Assembly (NCBI GenBank): GCA_002269645.1
Contig: NIVC01001416.1
Coordinates: forward strand, 1-64,000
DNA length: 64,000 nucleotides
Source of the DNA: Macrostomum lignano
Lineage: Eukaryota
Reading direction: 5' to 3'
Shown: positions 47,201 through 58,463 of the stretch, in pieces
Layout of the letters: each line of letters begins with the position of its first letter
Position numbering within the stretch: the first letter of the stretch is position 1
Program-made: the position numbers and the translations under genes
The notes under the pieces: model-generated
The model's input: the letters and a program-made list of their open reading frames with translations, nothing else
What the model was told of the DNA's origin: nothing
The model's database searches: none

Positions 47201-48954
47201 GATAGGAAGACATCAGTTTCAAAACTGTACAGTTTAAGTGATTAAGTGCAGGTTGTTTAGGGGATTACTGTGGACTGCTGAGTGAATTATTATGGTTTGC
47301 TGACGGGACAGTTCTAGGCTGCTGAGGGGATAAATGCTTAATGTTAATGAAAGTTATAGACTGCAAGGGGATAACTCCAGGCTGCTAAGATAATGACTGC
47401 AGTCTGTTTTGTGGGATTAGAAGGGATAATTTCAGGTTGTTGTGGGCATATCTCAGGAATTGCTGAGATGTCATGGCTTTTTGGGGCAATTTCTGAGATT
47501 TCAAGGCCCATGGGGAATTGCTGATATGCCATGGCTTACTGGAAGAATTGCTTGAATTGAGGTTTCAAAGGCTTATGGGGGGACTGCTGAGATTGCTTTC
47601 TTTTGGGGGATGCTTGCTATTTAGGAATGAAGGTATTGCTTAATGCTGATTTGTGCAAAACACTGCCGATATGTATCGAAAATTGATTAGTGAACCGTAC
47701 TACATTGTGAGCAAATTTTTATTGTTGAAAATATCTTTGCAGTTTGCTAAGCAGGATACTGAGGAGCCGGCCGACAGAAGAACTGCAGATTGTCAAAAGG
47801 TTCATTGCAGACTGCAAAGGGGACAAACTACAAACTGCTAAGGTAGTTCCTCCAGACATATAGATCATATCGTCTGGAGGATCATATCATAGATGTAAAG
47901 ATGTGAGATGTGCAGACGGAGTTCCTCCAGACCATATTCTTTGCTCTTTTATCTTTGCTCCCGACTTATGAGCGTATAGCTGCAAACTGCTGAGGTGGTA
48001 ACTGTGGACTACTGTGACTGCTGAGTAAATTATTGTTTACTGTGGGGACAATCCTAGGCCGCTAGAGTATGACTGAAGCCTGTTTTTTGGGATTGGAAGG
48101 GATAATTTCAGGTTGTTGTGGAGACATCTCAGGAATTTCTGAGATGTCAAGGCTTATTGGTTGATTTGCTGAGATTTCATGGCTTTTTTGGGATAATTTC
48201 TGAGATTTCAAGGCTCATGGGAATTGCTCAGATGTCAAGGCTTACTGGGGTAATTGCTGAGATGTCAAGGCTTACTGGGGGAATTGCTGAGATGTCAAGG
48301 CTCGAGTTTAATTGCTGCGATGTCGATGCTTACTGAGGGAATTTCTGAGATGTCAAGGCCTACTGGGGGAATTGCTGAGATGTCAAGGCTCATGAGGATG
48401 GCTGAATTGTTGAGATATCAAGGCTCATGGGGGATGGCTGAATTGTTGGGGGGGAGGGGGTTAGGTTGTTGAGCGATTGTCAGATCGTCAAGTAGTACGG
48501 CTCAAGTAGCTCATTTAATTCAGATAGTAAAAAGTACACACAAGTGATGCTGAATTCTGCTGGTAGGAAATACCAGCGTATTTATTAAAGGTTTGATTCT
48601 TTGAGTTAGGCTAATAAAGAGGGGGTCAAAGGCCGTCAGGGATTGGCATATTGAGCTCCTGCTGCGGACCAGAGTATGCCCAGGCCAATGACGATATGCA
48701 CTAAGAGTTTGTGCTTGAAAGGATAAGCACTATTTGCTGATTGAAAAAGGGTTTTGGGCTAATGAAAGAAACTTTTTTGCTGGTGAAAGTTTTGATTCAT
48801 AGCAATTTATTTTTTTCAAAATGCGGAAAAGTAATTTTTGATTAATTGAAATGAAAAATAATGGTTACTGTTGGGCCAAAATAAAGACCACCTGGTGTCA
48901 TTTTAAAGCCCCCCAGCGGGGGGCTAAATGGCTAGTCAGATATACTAAAAATGA

Positions 48955-50216
48955 ATGAGACTGTTTGAGAGCTGCTATGAGATTATTGGAGAGCTACTAT
49001 GAGATTATTGATGATCTGCTTTGAGATTATTTTTATGAATTACATGACGCTTCTTGTTTTTAATCCGGCGCTTTTTAAAGTTTCTTTAGATTTCTTGACG
49101 TTAAAAAATTTAATAAAAATCTCTAGACTCTAAAATTTCGAACCCACGTCGCTGCATTTGCAGTTCAGTCTGTTCACCTGTAAGCTAGCTCACATCGTTA
49201 TGGTAACATGAATTTTATAACTTATATATAAATTTCAAACTTTTAATGCTCCAAGCATAGCAGTTATTACATAATCAATTTCTCGGGCAGTCTGTATCAG
49301 TTTCAATTAAAGTCAACATAGTTACGCAATCTAAATCTAGCTAGTCTCGTGCAATGCTTCCACGCAGAATTACAATTCAGCTGTGACGCAATCTATTTCA
49401 GCATTCAACCAGTCAGTTTTCTCTCTAGCATTGATACAATGCTTTTTACGTCGAAAGTTCTGCTTGACCTTTACAAAAAATCATGTTTTTCGAATATTTA
49501 ATGCCTTTAGCATCGAGCAATTTCTTAGCCAAGATGCATGTACCGAGACGCGAAAATTTCTGATCGAATGGTGCAAATTTGAAAAAAAAATCGGACAACG
49601 CGTTCGCTTAAACGACGACAAGACGGCTATTTTACATGAAGCCAATTGAAGAAATTTCCGCGTCTCGGTACATGCATCTTGCCTAAGAAATTGCTCGATG
49701 CTAAAGGCATTAAATATTCGAAAAACATGCTTTTTTGTAAAGGTCAAGCAGAACTTTCGACTTGAAAAGCATTGTATGAGTGCTAGAGAAAAAACTGACT
49801 GGTTGAATGCTGATTCTGAAATAGATTGCGTCACAGCTGAATTGTAACTCTGCGTGGAAGCATTGCACGAGACTAGCTAGATTTAGATTGCGAAACTATG
49901 TTGACTTTAATTGAAACTGATACAGACTGCATATGTATATATCTCATATATATGCAGTCTGTCTGTACCATAACGATGTGAGCTAGCTTACATGTGAACA
50001 GACTGAACTGCAAATGCAGCGACGTGGGTTCGAAATTTTAGAGTCTAGAGATTTTTATTAAATTTTTTAACGTCAAGAAATCTAAAGAAACTTTAAAAAG
50101 CGCCGGATTAAAAACAAGAAGCGTCATGTAATTCATAAAAATAATCTCAAAGCAGATCTTCAATAATCTCATAGTAGCTCTCCAATAATCTCATAGCAGC
50201 TCTCAAACAGTCTCAT
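48955..50216. repeat. Nested inverted duplication: outer arms 48955-49205 / 49966-50216 around the foldback MITE
   Basis: The left arm is the reverse complement of the satellite start and its flank; both arms carry gatgtgagc where unit 1 has gatgcgagc. Confidence 0.85.
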
Positions 50217-50893
50217 AGCAGCTTTGCAATAATCTCATAGCATCTTTTTAACAATCTCATAACAGCTCTTCAATAATCTCATAGCAGCTTTGCAATAATC
50301 TCATAAAAGCTCTTCAATAATTTCATAGCAGCGCTTCAATAATCTCATAGCAGCTCTTAAATAATCCCATAGCAGCTTTGAAATATTCTCATAGCAGTTC
50401 TTCAATAATCTCACAGCCGCTTTGCAATAATCTCATATCAGCTTTGCAATATTCTTATAGCAGCTTTGCAAAAATCTCATAGCAGCTCTTCCATAATCTC
50501 ATAGCAGCTCTTAAATAATTCCATAGCAGCTTTTAAGTATTCTTACAGCAGCTCTTCAATAATCTCATAGTAGCTCTCAAATAATCTCATTGTAGCTCTT
50601 TAATAATCTCATAGCAGCTCTCCAATAATCTCATAGAAGCTCTTCAAAAATCTCATAGCAGCTGTCAAACAGTCTCATAGCAGCTTTGCAATAATCTCAT
50701 AGCAGCTTAGCAATATTCTTATAGCAGCTTTGCAATAATCTGATAGCAGCTCTTCAGTAAGCTCATAGCAGCTCTTCAATAATCCCATAGCAGCTCTTAA
50801 ATAATCTTATAGCGGCTTTGCAATAATTTCATAGCAGCTCTTCCATAATCTCATAGCAATAATCTCATAGCAGCTTTGCAATAATCTGATAGC
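50145..50893. repeat. 22-bp satellite, unit 2 copy (~34 units), truncated at the unit 2/3 junction
   Basis: Same order of variant units as the start of the 36-kb array. Confidence 0.95.
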
Positions 50894-51428
50894 AAAAAGG
50901 TATTCTATTCTTATAAATAGTAGAGTCACTACTGTCTAGAGTTGAAGCTGAAATAGTAACCGTATTAAAAAATAGCGTTTTCTGGTTGTTAAACATATCT
51001 CGGTGGCGAGTTGGGCAAACTTTTTTACCACAAGGGCCAGATAAAGAATCCAGCTCGGGGCTGATTAAAAGCAGATTAAAAGAGAAAAGAGGAGAGATGG
51101 GAGGGAGGATGGGGAGAGAGGAGAGGGGAGAGAGGAGAAGAGAGAGGGGATAGAGGGGAGGAGAGAGAAGAGAGAGGAGAGCTGAGAAGAGAAACAAGCC
51201 TTGAGCGGGCCGAATTGCTATTGTGAAGTTTCAAAGTAACTGACTGCCGGATAGAGAGGCTTCGGGGGCCGCATGTGGCCCGTGGGACGGAGTCTGGTGA
51301 CCCCTGTCTTAAAATATAATAATAATTATGGCATGATCTATCATAGACTGGGAAAAGTAATTCTACTGCAGATGTCAGAGTTTATATACGCGATTTTGCG
51401 ACTAAAATGTAATGTGGCTTTACGAAAG

Positions 51429-53517
51429 CTACCAGAAACCGTACGAATAATAACACCTGTAGTCAGTGACAGCGGCCGTATTGTAATCTTCATCATCTTC
51501 GCATCTGCATGTCTTGAATTTGGCTCTCTTGGAATTGCAATGCCGCCAAGACTGCCAGCTGCTCCAGTCACTCCAGCGGCACGAGGGACCGGCTTCTCTT
51601 TGCCACCAGTCTCGTGAACAGCTGTTTGACGAGCTCCTGATGCAGTCGTTGTAGGTGCGAGTCCTACTTCGCACAATTTTATAATTATATCTGCAGTCCT
51701 TGTACCAGTTGCCCCAGTTGCCCCAGTCACACCAGGCAGTGTAGGCAGTGTCCGACTCGCTGCTCACCTCCGGGCCAGCCGACGCGCTGATTGGAGTGGA
51801 GCAGCCGCATTTGCGGACTCTCCTTCGAGTGAACTGCCGGTTGCATCCGGGATCGTAGTTGTTCGCGTAGTACCAAGACTTCCTATAGCCTTTGTCACTC
51901 GTCCACTCGTTCCAGCCTTGCCAGTTGCACCAGTTCCAAGTCTTCGGGGAATAAGGACAATTAACAATATTGGCTTTATCCTACTGAAAGTAGCCCTGTT
52001 GCATTTTTAAATAAAAATTAAATCCAGCAACACCTTAAAGCTTACCTGGGTGATGTTATCAACCGCGGCCGTCTCGATGGTCTCAGGCGGCCTGTCAATC
52101 GGGCAGCGGCAGCTCCTGGACCGGTGCCTGCTGTTCCAGTTCCCGCAGACCAGGCTGCCTTCGGACGAGTCGGTGGCCCACTCAGACCACTGGCACCAGC
52201 TGATGAAGCTGCCCTGCGTCTGGCTTTTGTCCTTCGCGCCCTGACACTAGCCGCTCACGGAGGCCCCTTCGTCAGTGGGGCAGGTGCACTGGCGGACGCG
52301 GGTTCGATTCACAAGCGCGTTGCAGATGTCGGAATCTCCGGTCGCACCAGAGGCGGTGGCCCAGTTGGTCCAGGACTGCCAGGTGCAGATGTCTGAGCAG
52401 GAGAAGTCGGTGTGCTTTCATGAATCAAAGTATACAGGAAACTGCTCGATTAAAGACCCACTCACCGTGGTACAGAGTGACAGAAGACCCACTCGCCGTG
52501 GTACAGAGTGACAGAAGACCCACTCACCGTGGTACAGAGTGACAGAAGACCCACTCGCCGTGGTACAGAGTGACAGAAGACCCACTCACCGTGGTACAGA
52601 GTGACAGAAGACCCACTCACCGTGGTACAGAGTGACAGAAGACCCACTCAATGTGTTACAGAGTGACAGAAGAACCACTCACCGTGGTAAAGAGTGACAG
52701 AAGATTCACTCAGCCTGGTACAGAGTGACAGAAGACCCACTCAATGTGTTACAGAGTGACAGAAGAACCACTCACCGTGGTAAAGAGGGACAGAAGATCC
52801 ACTCACCGTGGTACAGAGTGACAGAAGACCCACTCACCGTGGTACAGAGTGACAGAAGATCCACTCACCGTGGTACAGAGTGACAGAAGACCCACTCACC
52901 GTGGTACAGAGTGACAGAAGACCCACTCACCGTGGTACAGAGTGACAGAAGACCCACTCACCGTGGTACAGAGTGACAGAAGGCTTACTCACCGTGGTAC
53001 AGAGTGACAGAAGACCCACTCACCGTGGTACAGAGTGACAGAAGACCCACTCACCGTGGTACAGAGTGACAGAAGACCCACTCACCGTGGTACAGAGTGA
53101 CAGAAGACCCACTCACCGTGGTACAGAGTGACAGAAGACCCACTCACCGTGGTACAGCTTGACGAAGGCGGCTTCCCCAGCCGTGCCGTTGCCAGTCCAG
53201 TAGGTCTCGAACTGTCCCTGGTCAGCCAGGTGGCACAGGCCCGCACTGGCATTGAAGTAGTACGCGTGGCAGAAAGCCCACGCCCTGCACTTGGTCGCGC
53301 ACTGGAGACTCCCCAGCCAGCTGGCGTTCATCCCCACCGGACCCACCAGCTTGATGGAGCCAGGACTCAGCGCCACGGCTGAGACCGCGGACTCGTTGGG
53401 GCCGCCGATTCCCGACGGCAGACGATCAGACGCGTTGAAGTTGAACTCCCTGACTGTGGAAGCGTCGGTCAGCCGTGCCGCAGTCAGGAGTAGTAAGGTC
53501 GCCACCGAGAGGCCCAT
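51429..53517 (-). pseudogene. PAN + TSR secreted protein, copy 3; nonsense codon in exon 2; exons 53517-53148, 52392-52046, 51941-51429
   Basis: ctgacactagcc versus ctgacaccagcc in the other copies = TGG>TAG at 52247-52249; the rest is open. Confidence 0.85.
52455..53157 (-). repeat. 31-bp splice-donor minisatellite, ~22 units (copy 3)
   Basis: Direct reading. Confidence 0.95.
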
Positions 53518-54424
53518 CAGGCTGTGCTTGCTGAAGTTGCCGATTGCTGTGTTGCTGAGTGACAAAACTTTTCTCTCCTGCTTCTGGCCCGTCTCCCGCC
53601 CCGGGGGTCCAGGCCTTATGCGCATCGGATGCCTGCCTTCGCTTCTATTTGTTTTGTTGCCATAGCTAGCAGCAAACAGTAGGGGGGAAGCAGGTGCTGA
53701 CTGTGGAGAGATGGAGGGAGGGCGATGATCCTGGCAGGCTATACATGAAGGTATAGCAAAGCTAAGCGCTCATGGTTAACAAAGGCAACGCATCTGAACA
53801 ATTCAACAGTTTTTAACTCAGCAAAAGTCAGCGGAGCGTGTCCCCAGCAGTTTTTTTCCGAGGACTAGCGACACGTATGTTACGAGCTAGCATGGAGCGG
53901 AGACTGAGAGAGCTGGTTCAGTTCTCCCTGCAACTTTTCTTGTTGAAGCTTGTGCAGCAACTCATTAGACAAGCTGTGTGTATAGCTAAGCTACAGGAGC
54001 ATTTTGGGCCTAGGAGCAGGGCCTCTTTGAATTACCTGCTGAAGCTTATTATTATATACTGAGGAATTTTGTCACGATACTGCATGTGTTAAACAAGAAA
54101 TTTTACTCCGGTTTACGTGAGTTTGTATGCCAGCTGCTAAACCTATTATACTGAAGTTTTAAGTCACTATTCCTAAACTTCTGCTATTTGTCCTGATGTA
54201 CACCATATTCCTTTCATTCAGTCTATGTACACTAATGTACATGTACCTACGTACTCTTGCAGGACTTGCAGGACACAACTATACGTAGTTACGTACGTGT
54301 GGCTTCCTCTGGTCTCTCAAAATGTACATTCCAAAAATTCAATTCCTATATAGAAGTCTAGCTAAAGCCGCCAGACCAATAGGGTTAGAATTAGTGACGC
54401 ACGCAGAGAGAACTAATTAACATA

Positions 54425-55171
54425 TAGCATTTTGCAGCCCATTTGGGCTTACGCGCATTTAATTTAATCCAAGATATGTTTGCCAATGTAACAGAGCTTT
54501 TGTCTATGGTAGCAAGGCTGGCGCAGCGGCATTTAATTTGGTCCAACAAGCATCCATTTGGTCCAAACACTCGTGAGCCATTGGACAAACTCTTGCCTTC
54601 TCTCAACCGTCTTCAGGTTGTTGCGCACCGCTGGAATGTCAGCGTCTCTACCAGCAATTTTCAGTTACTTTTCCAGAGCTCTGCTGATAGTCGAAATCTG
54701 ATAACCAACTGGAGCTGTTCCCTCAACTTCTGCTGCATTTTCTGAAACGTCAACAAAGGGTTCGTCTCCACTGCATCGAGTAGCAGTTGGACCTGAGGCT
54801 CTCGAGCAAATTTCCTAGGCGATTGCCACCCTTTCGCAGGCAATCTCTGCCGGCAGAGTTTCAAGGCGCTGCTGGATGCTGTAAACCACCTTTTCTTTTA
54901 CATTCAGCGACCTTGCAATGTCCTTTGGGTGTCTACCTCCGTCGAGTGCTTCGATCACAAGCCAATGACATTCGTTCAACAGCCTAGCATATGGTCCACA
55001 ATTCTGGGACTGAGCTGCAAATGAACTAAATGGACCAAATTGATGCTTGTTGGACCAAATTAAATGCCGCTGTGCCAGCCTTGCTACCATAGACAAAAGC
55101 TCCATTACTTTGACAAACATATCTTGGATTAAATTCAATGCGCGTAAGCCCAAATGGGCTGCAAAAAGCTA
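54425..55171 (-). mobile_element. Tc1/IS630-superfamily deletion derivative, ~170-bp TIRs, TA TSD
   Basis: ta|tagcattttgcagccc ... gggctgcaaaaagcta|ta; decayed HTH transposase N-terminus (IEALDGGRHPKDIARSLNVKEKVVYSI; LLLDAVETNPLLTFQKMQQKL); empty site in units 1 and 2 (~32125, ~45920). Confidence 0.8.
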
Positions 55172-57430
55172 TATTAAAGACTTTAATTCTATATCGGTTT
55201 AAGACTATATATAGCTTGAATTAGCTGATATACAAAAATGCATTCTTATTTGAGCCAGCGTGTGGGAATGAAGGCAGTCGTGCAGGAATTAAATAATCTA
55301 TGGCCAAATCTCCACTGTTTTACACATTGACATCGTGCAGGAATGACACTCTCCGCTCCTGCACGCAAACAATTTATTTAAAATTGTACGCGAATGTATG
55401 GAGAGGAGAGAGAATGTACACAGAGAGTGTGGAGGGAGGAAAGAGAGAGGCGGGGGTTAAAAATAAATCGATTTTTGTGCTTTTTTATTTCACGCCGACA
55501 TATAAAATTAATTCAGTGAAGGGGGAGAATGGCTCTAATAAGAATGAAATTCATGAACGCTTACGAATGCGTCAATGGCAAAAGCACGAGTGCTTTATTG
55601 TGCTTTGGCCATAGACGCACGAGTAAGCGTTCATGAATTATGATGTAACATATTGCGCGGTAGGCCATAGCTCTAATGATTTCGTCCAAGCCGTATGTAC
55701 ATGTACGTTGTCTTCACCCTGCAAGGGAATCCATGCAGATTCCTCGATTCTCCGATGACCAAATCAGATGACTGCCCACCCGGCCGGCCCCACTGCTTTT
55801 CATCTACATGTACATGTATCACAACAACGCGCGATACTGCTTGAAATCATTCACAGTAGGCGGTGGTGTCCGTTTTTATCTCATTCCTATCGCCTAATTT
55901 TCTCACATCATGTGACACATTTTTTCAGATTGCAACCCTTGGAATTAATTAGCCGAACCAATTATAATCAAAACCCTTTTTCTATGGTCAATCACAGAAG
56001 TACACGATCGACAAGCTGTAATAGGCTACTTTTGCTAGCTAGGCGACTCTCAATACATGTACATGCACATAAAATACATCATAAATGTATTTCCCGTTTT
56101 CCACATCACGCGGACTCCGGCTCACCTTTAATTCCCGTGATAGTTCAACCTCCCTCGGTCCCGCGCGGACTGCCAGACCATAACGCCATTCGCCCTGAGA
56201 TCTCCCTGAACCTGAAGACAACATATACTGCATGTATGCATACATGCATCAGCATTAATTGCGTTCCTCTCGCTAATGCAGTCCAAGTTAATAAAGCTAC
56301 GAGTATATATATGATTTATATTTACTTAATCATTTTTTACCTCCTCTCAAACAGGACCCAGAAAGATTTGTACATATGCACACAGGGGCGTCGCCGTGGA
56401 TTTTATGGTGGTAGGACAAATTAAAGCGAAAAATTATCATGTGCATGACAAATTTCCTAAAATTTCATTATTTTCAGAATCGGCGCTGCAGGCACTCATT
56501 TTGGCGCCGCAGGCAGTCATTTTGGCGCCGAAGGTGCTATATTTTGGCGCCGTGAAGAAAAATTATTGATTAACACAATGTCACTATAGGTAGGGTGGGG
56601 GACAAAGCATTGGCATGTCCCCCCTCTCATAGCTTTTACTTTGGGGGGACATGTCCCCGCTGTTCCCCCCCCCCCTCGGTGGCGACGTGCCTGCATGAAC
56701 TTGTACATGTAATACTTTAGTACAAGTTAATTTGATCTAACCTGCTGGCCAAAGTGCCAAAGTTGCCAAATCCCAGATTTTAGGGGCTTAACAGAGTCGA
56801 AGCGACCTATATAAAGTGCAAGGCTTAAGGGAAGGTAACAAACTACATGTAAGTGGATTGCATGAATGAAGTTTTTTAAAAAGTGCTTAATTGCTTTACA
56901 TTTGGATCAGTACATAAATAGAAATAGAAATTATAGAATTTGTTTAAGTCAATCTTAGGCTTCGTTTTTCCGAAACCCTTGCGGTTTAAAAAACTGCATT
57001 TTTAACCTTTTTGGCCTTTCTGTGTTTTCAGTAGAGGGTTGGCAGTCTTAATAATACTAAATAGCCCTGTAGAAGCGTTATGTTAATATGTTGGTTAGTG
57101 AAAAAATTGCAAGGTGATGATTCGTTTGAATAATAGGAAGGAAATAAGAAAAGGGAAAAGTGAGAAGAATTGGCGATGCGATGCGCCTGCTGTATTAAGA
57201 TATAATTTGACTATCCGAAAAGTTCTAGAAAATAGACTTAGAAAGTACTATCTATATACAAGTATACAAGTTTTATACAGTATTTTACAGTATAACAAAT
57301 CCAAAGGGCAGATAAACTACGGATAATTTTACTGATATTGAATATGCTATTTAATGTAATAAATTAATTATTTACTATTTATAATATGTACGTTATGAAT
57401 AAGCTGCTGACTCAAAGAAGCTTCTAGAAA

Positions 57431-58463
57431 GGGTGCGTTCGAGTGACTTAAAATGACTTAAACTGCCATTTTAACGTCCTTAGTAAAACAAATGTTAAGC
57501 AGACTAAATGTAAAAATAATCTAGGTAAATGATAGTCAAATTACAATTAAGAATTGATTCAATTTCTAAAACCGGTCTAAGATTAAAAAAACGTCGCCTA
57601 TACTTCTTCCAACTCAACCTGAACGCCTAGGCACCGTTTTAACTTCGCTCGCAATTACCACATTTAATCATAATTGAATATTTTGTATTCTTCACCTTTG
57701 TTCTATCATTTGCTTTCACGTCCTTTTGCTCAGTTCGCTGCCCGTCATTATAGTCTTTGAATAATTGCTTAGTACTAATATTGTTTATTTATTAATTGTT
57801 ATTACGTAGTAGTTTATTTGGACTTGGAATATAGTCACTATTACAGCTTGGTTCTTATTCTTCAATATAGTATCTGAGTCAATATGATTTAACCAAAGTG
57901 AATAATTCCTTGGTATTACAATAGCTACGGAATAAATAGAAAGACAAAACTATAACATGAAGTTCACTCAGATACTATATTGAAGAATAAGAACCAAGCT
58001 GAAAAAGTACAAAACTCCAATAGAAAAATAATAACAGTCAGTAGCAACAATAATAGTGCCTATATTCCAAGTCCAAATAAACTAAGTAATAACAATTAAT
58101 AAATAAACAATATTAGTACTAAGCAATTATTCAAAGACTATACTGACGGGCAGCGAACTGAGCAAAAGGACGTGAAAGCAAATGATAGAACAAAGGTGAA
58201 GAATACAAAATATTCAATTACGATTTAAAAATGTGGTAATTGCGAGCGAAGTTAAAACGGTGCCTAGGCGTTCAGGTTGAGTTGGAAGAAGTATAGGCGA
58301 CGTTTTTTTAATCTTAGACCGGTTTTAGAAATTGAATTAATTCTTAATTGTAATTTGACTATCATTTACCTAGATTATTTTTACATTTAGTCGGCTTAAC
58401 ATTTGTTTTACTAAGGACGTTAAAATGGCAGTTTAAGTCATTTTAAGTCACTCGAACGCACCC
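57431..58463. mobile_element. PIF/Harbinger-like MITE, 1033 bp, ~450-bp TIRs, 3-bp AAA flanks
   Basis: aaa|gggtgcgttcgagtgac ... gtcactcgaacgcaccc|aaa; arms align along their length. Confidence 0.8.

Larger units (their letters stand above)
18768..55184. repeat. Tandem segmental triplication: unit 1 ~18768-38725, unit 2 ~38726-50893, unit 3 ~50894-55184
   Basis: Collinear matches 18768~38726, 19490~39050, 23800~39420, 24045~39555~50953, 30990~44780 and 31085~53765; many identical ORFs repeat in the track. Confidence 0.95.

Noticed and set aside
55768-56424. 218-aa ORF
   Set aside because: No recognisable domain, compositionally unlike the GC-rich true exons, and no splice support
56383-56693. 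hAT-like MITE (caggggcgtcgcc ... ggcgacgtgcctg)
   Set aside because: Ends are suggestive but no 8-bp TSD was found; left unannotated
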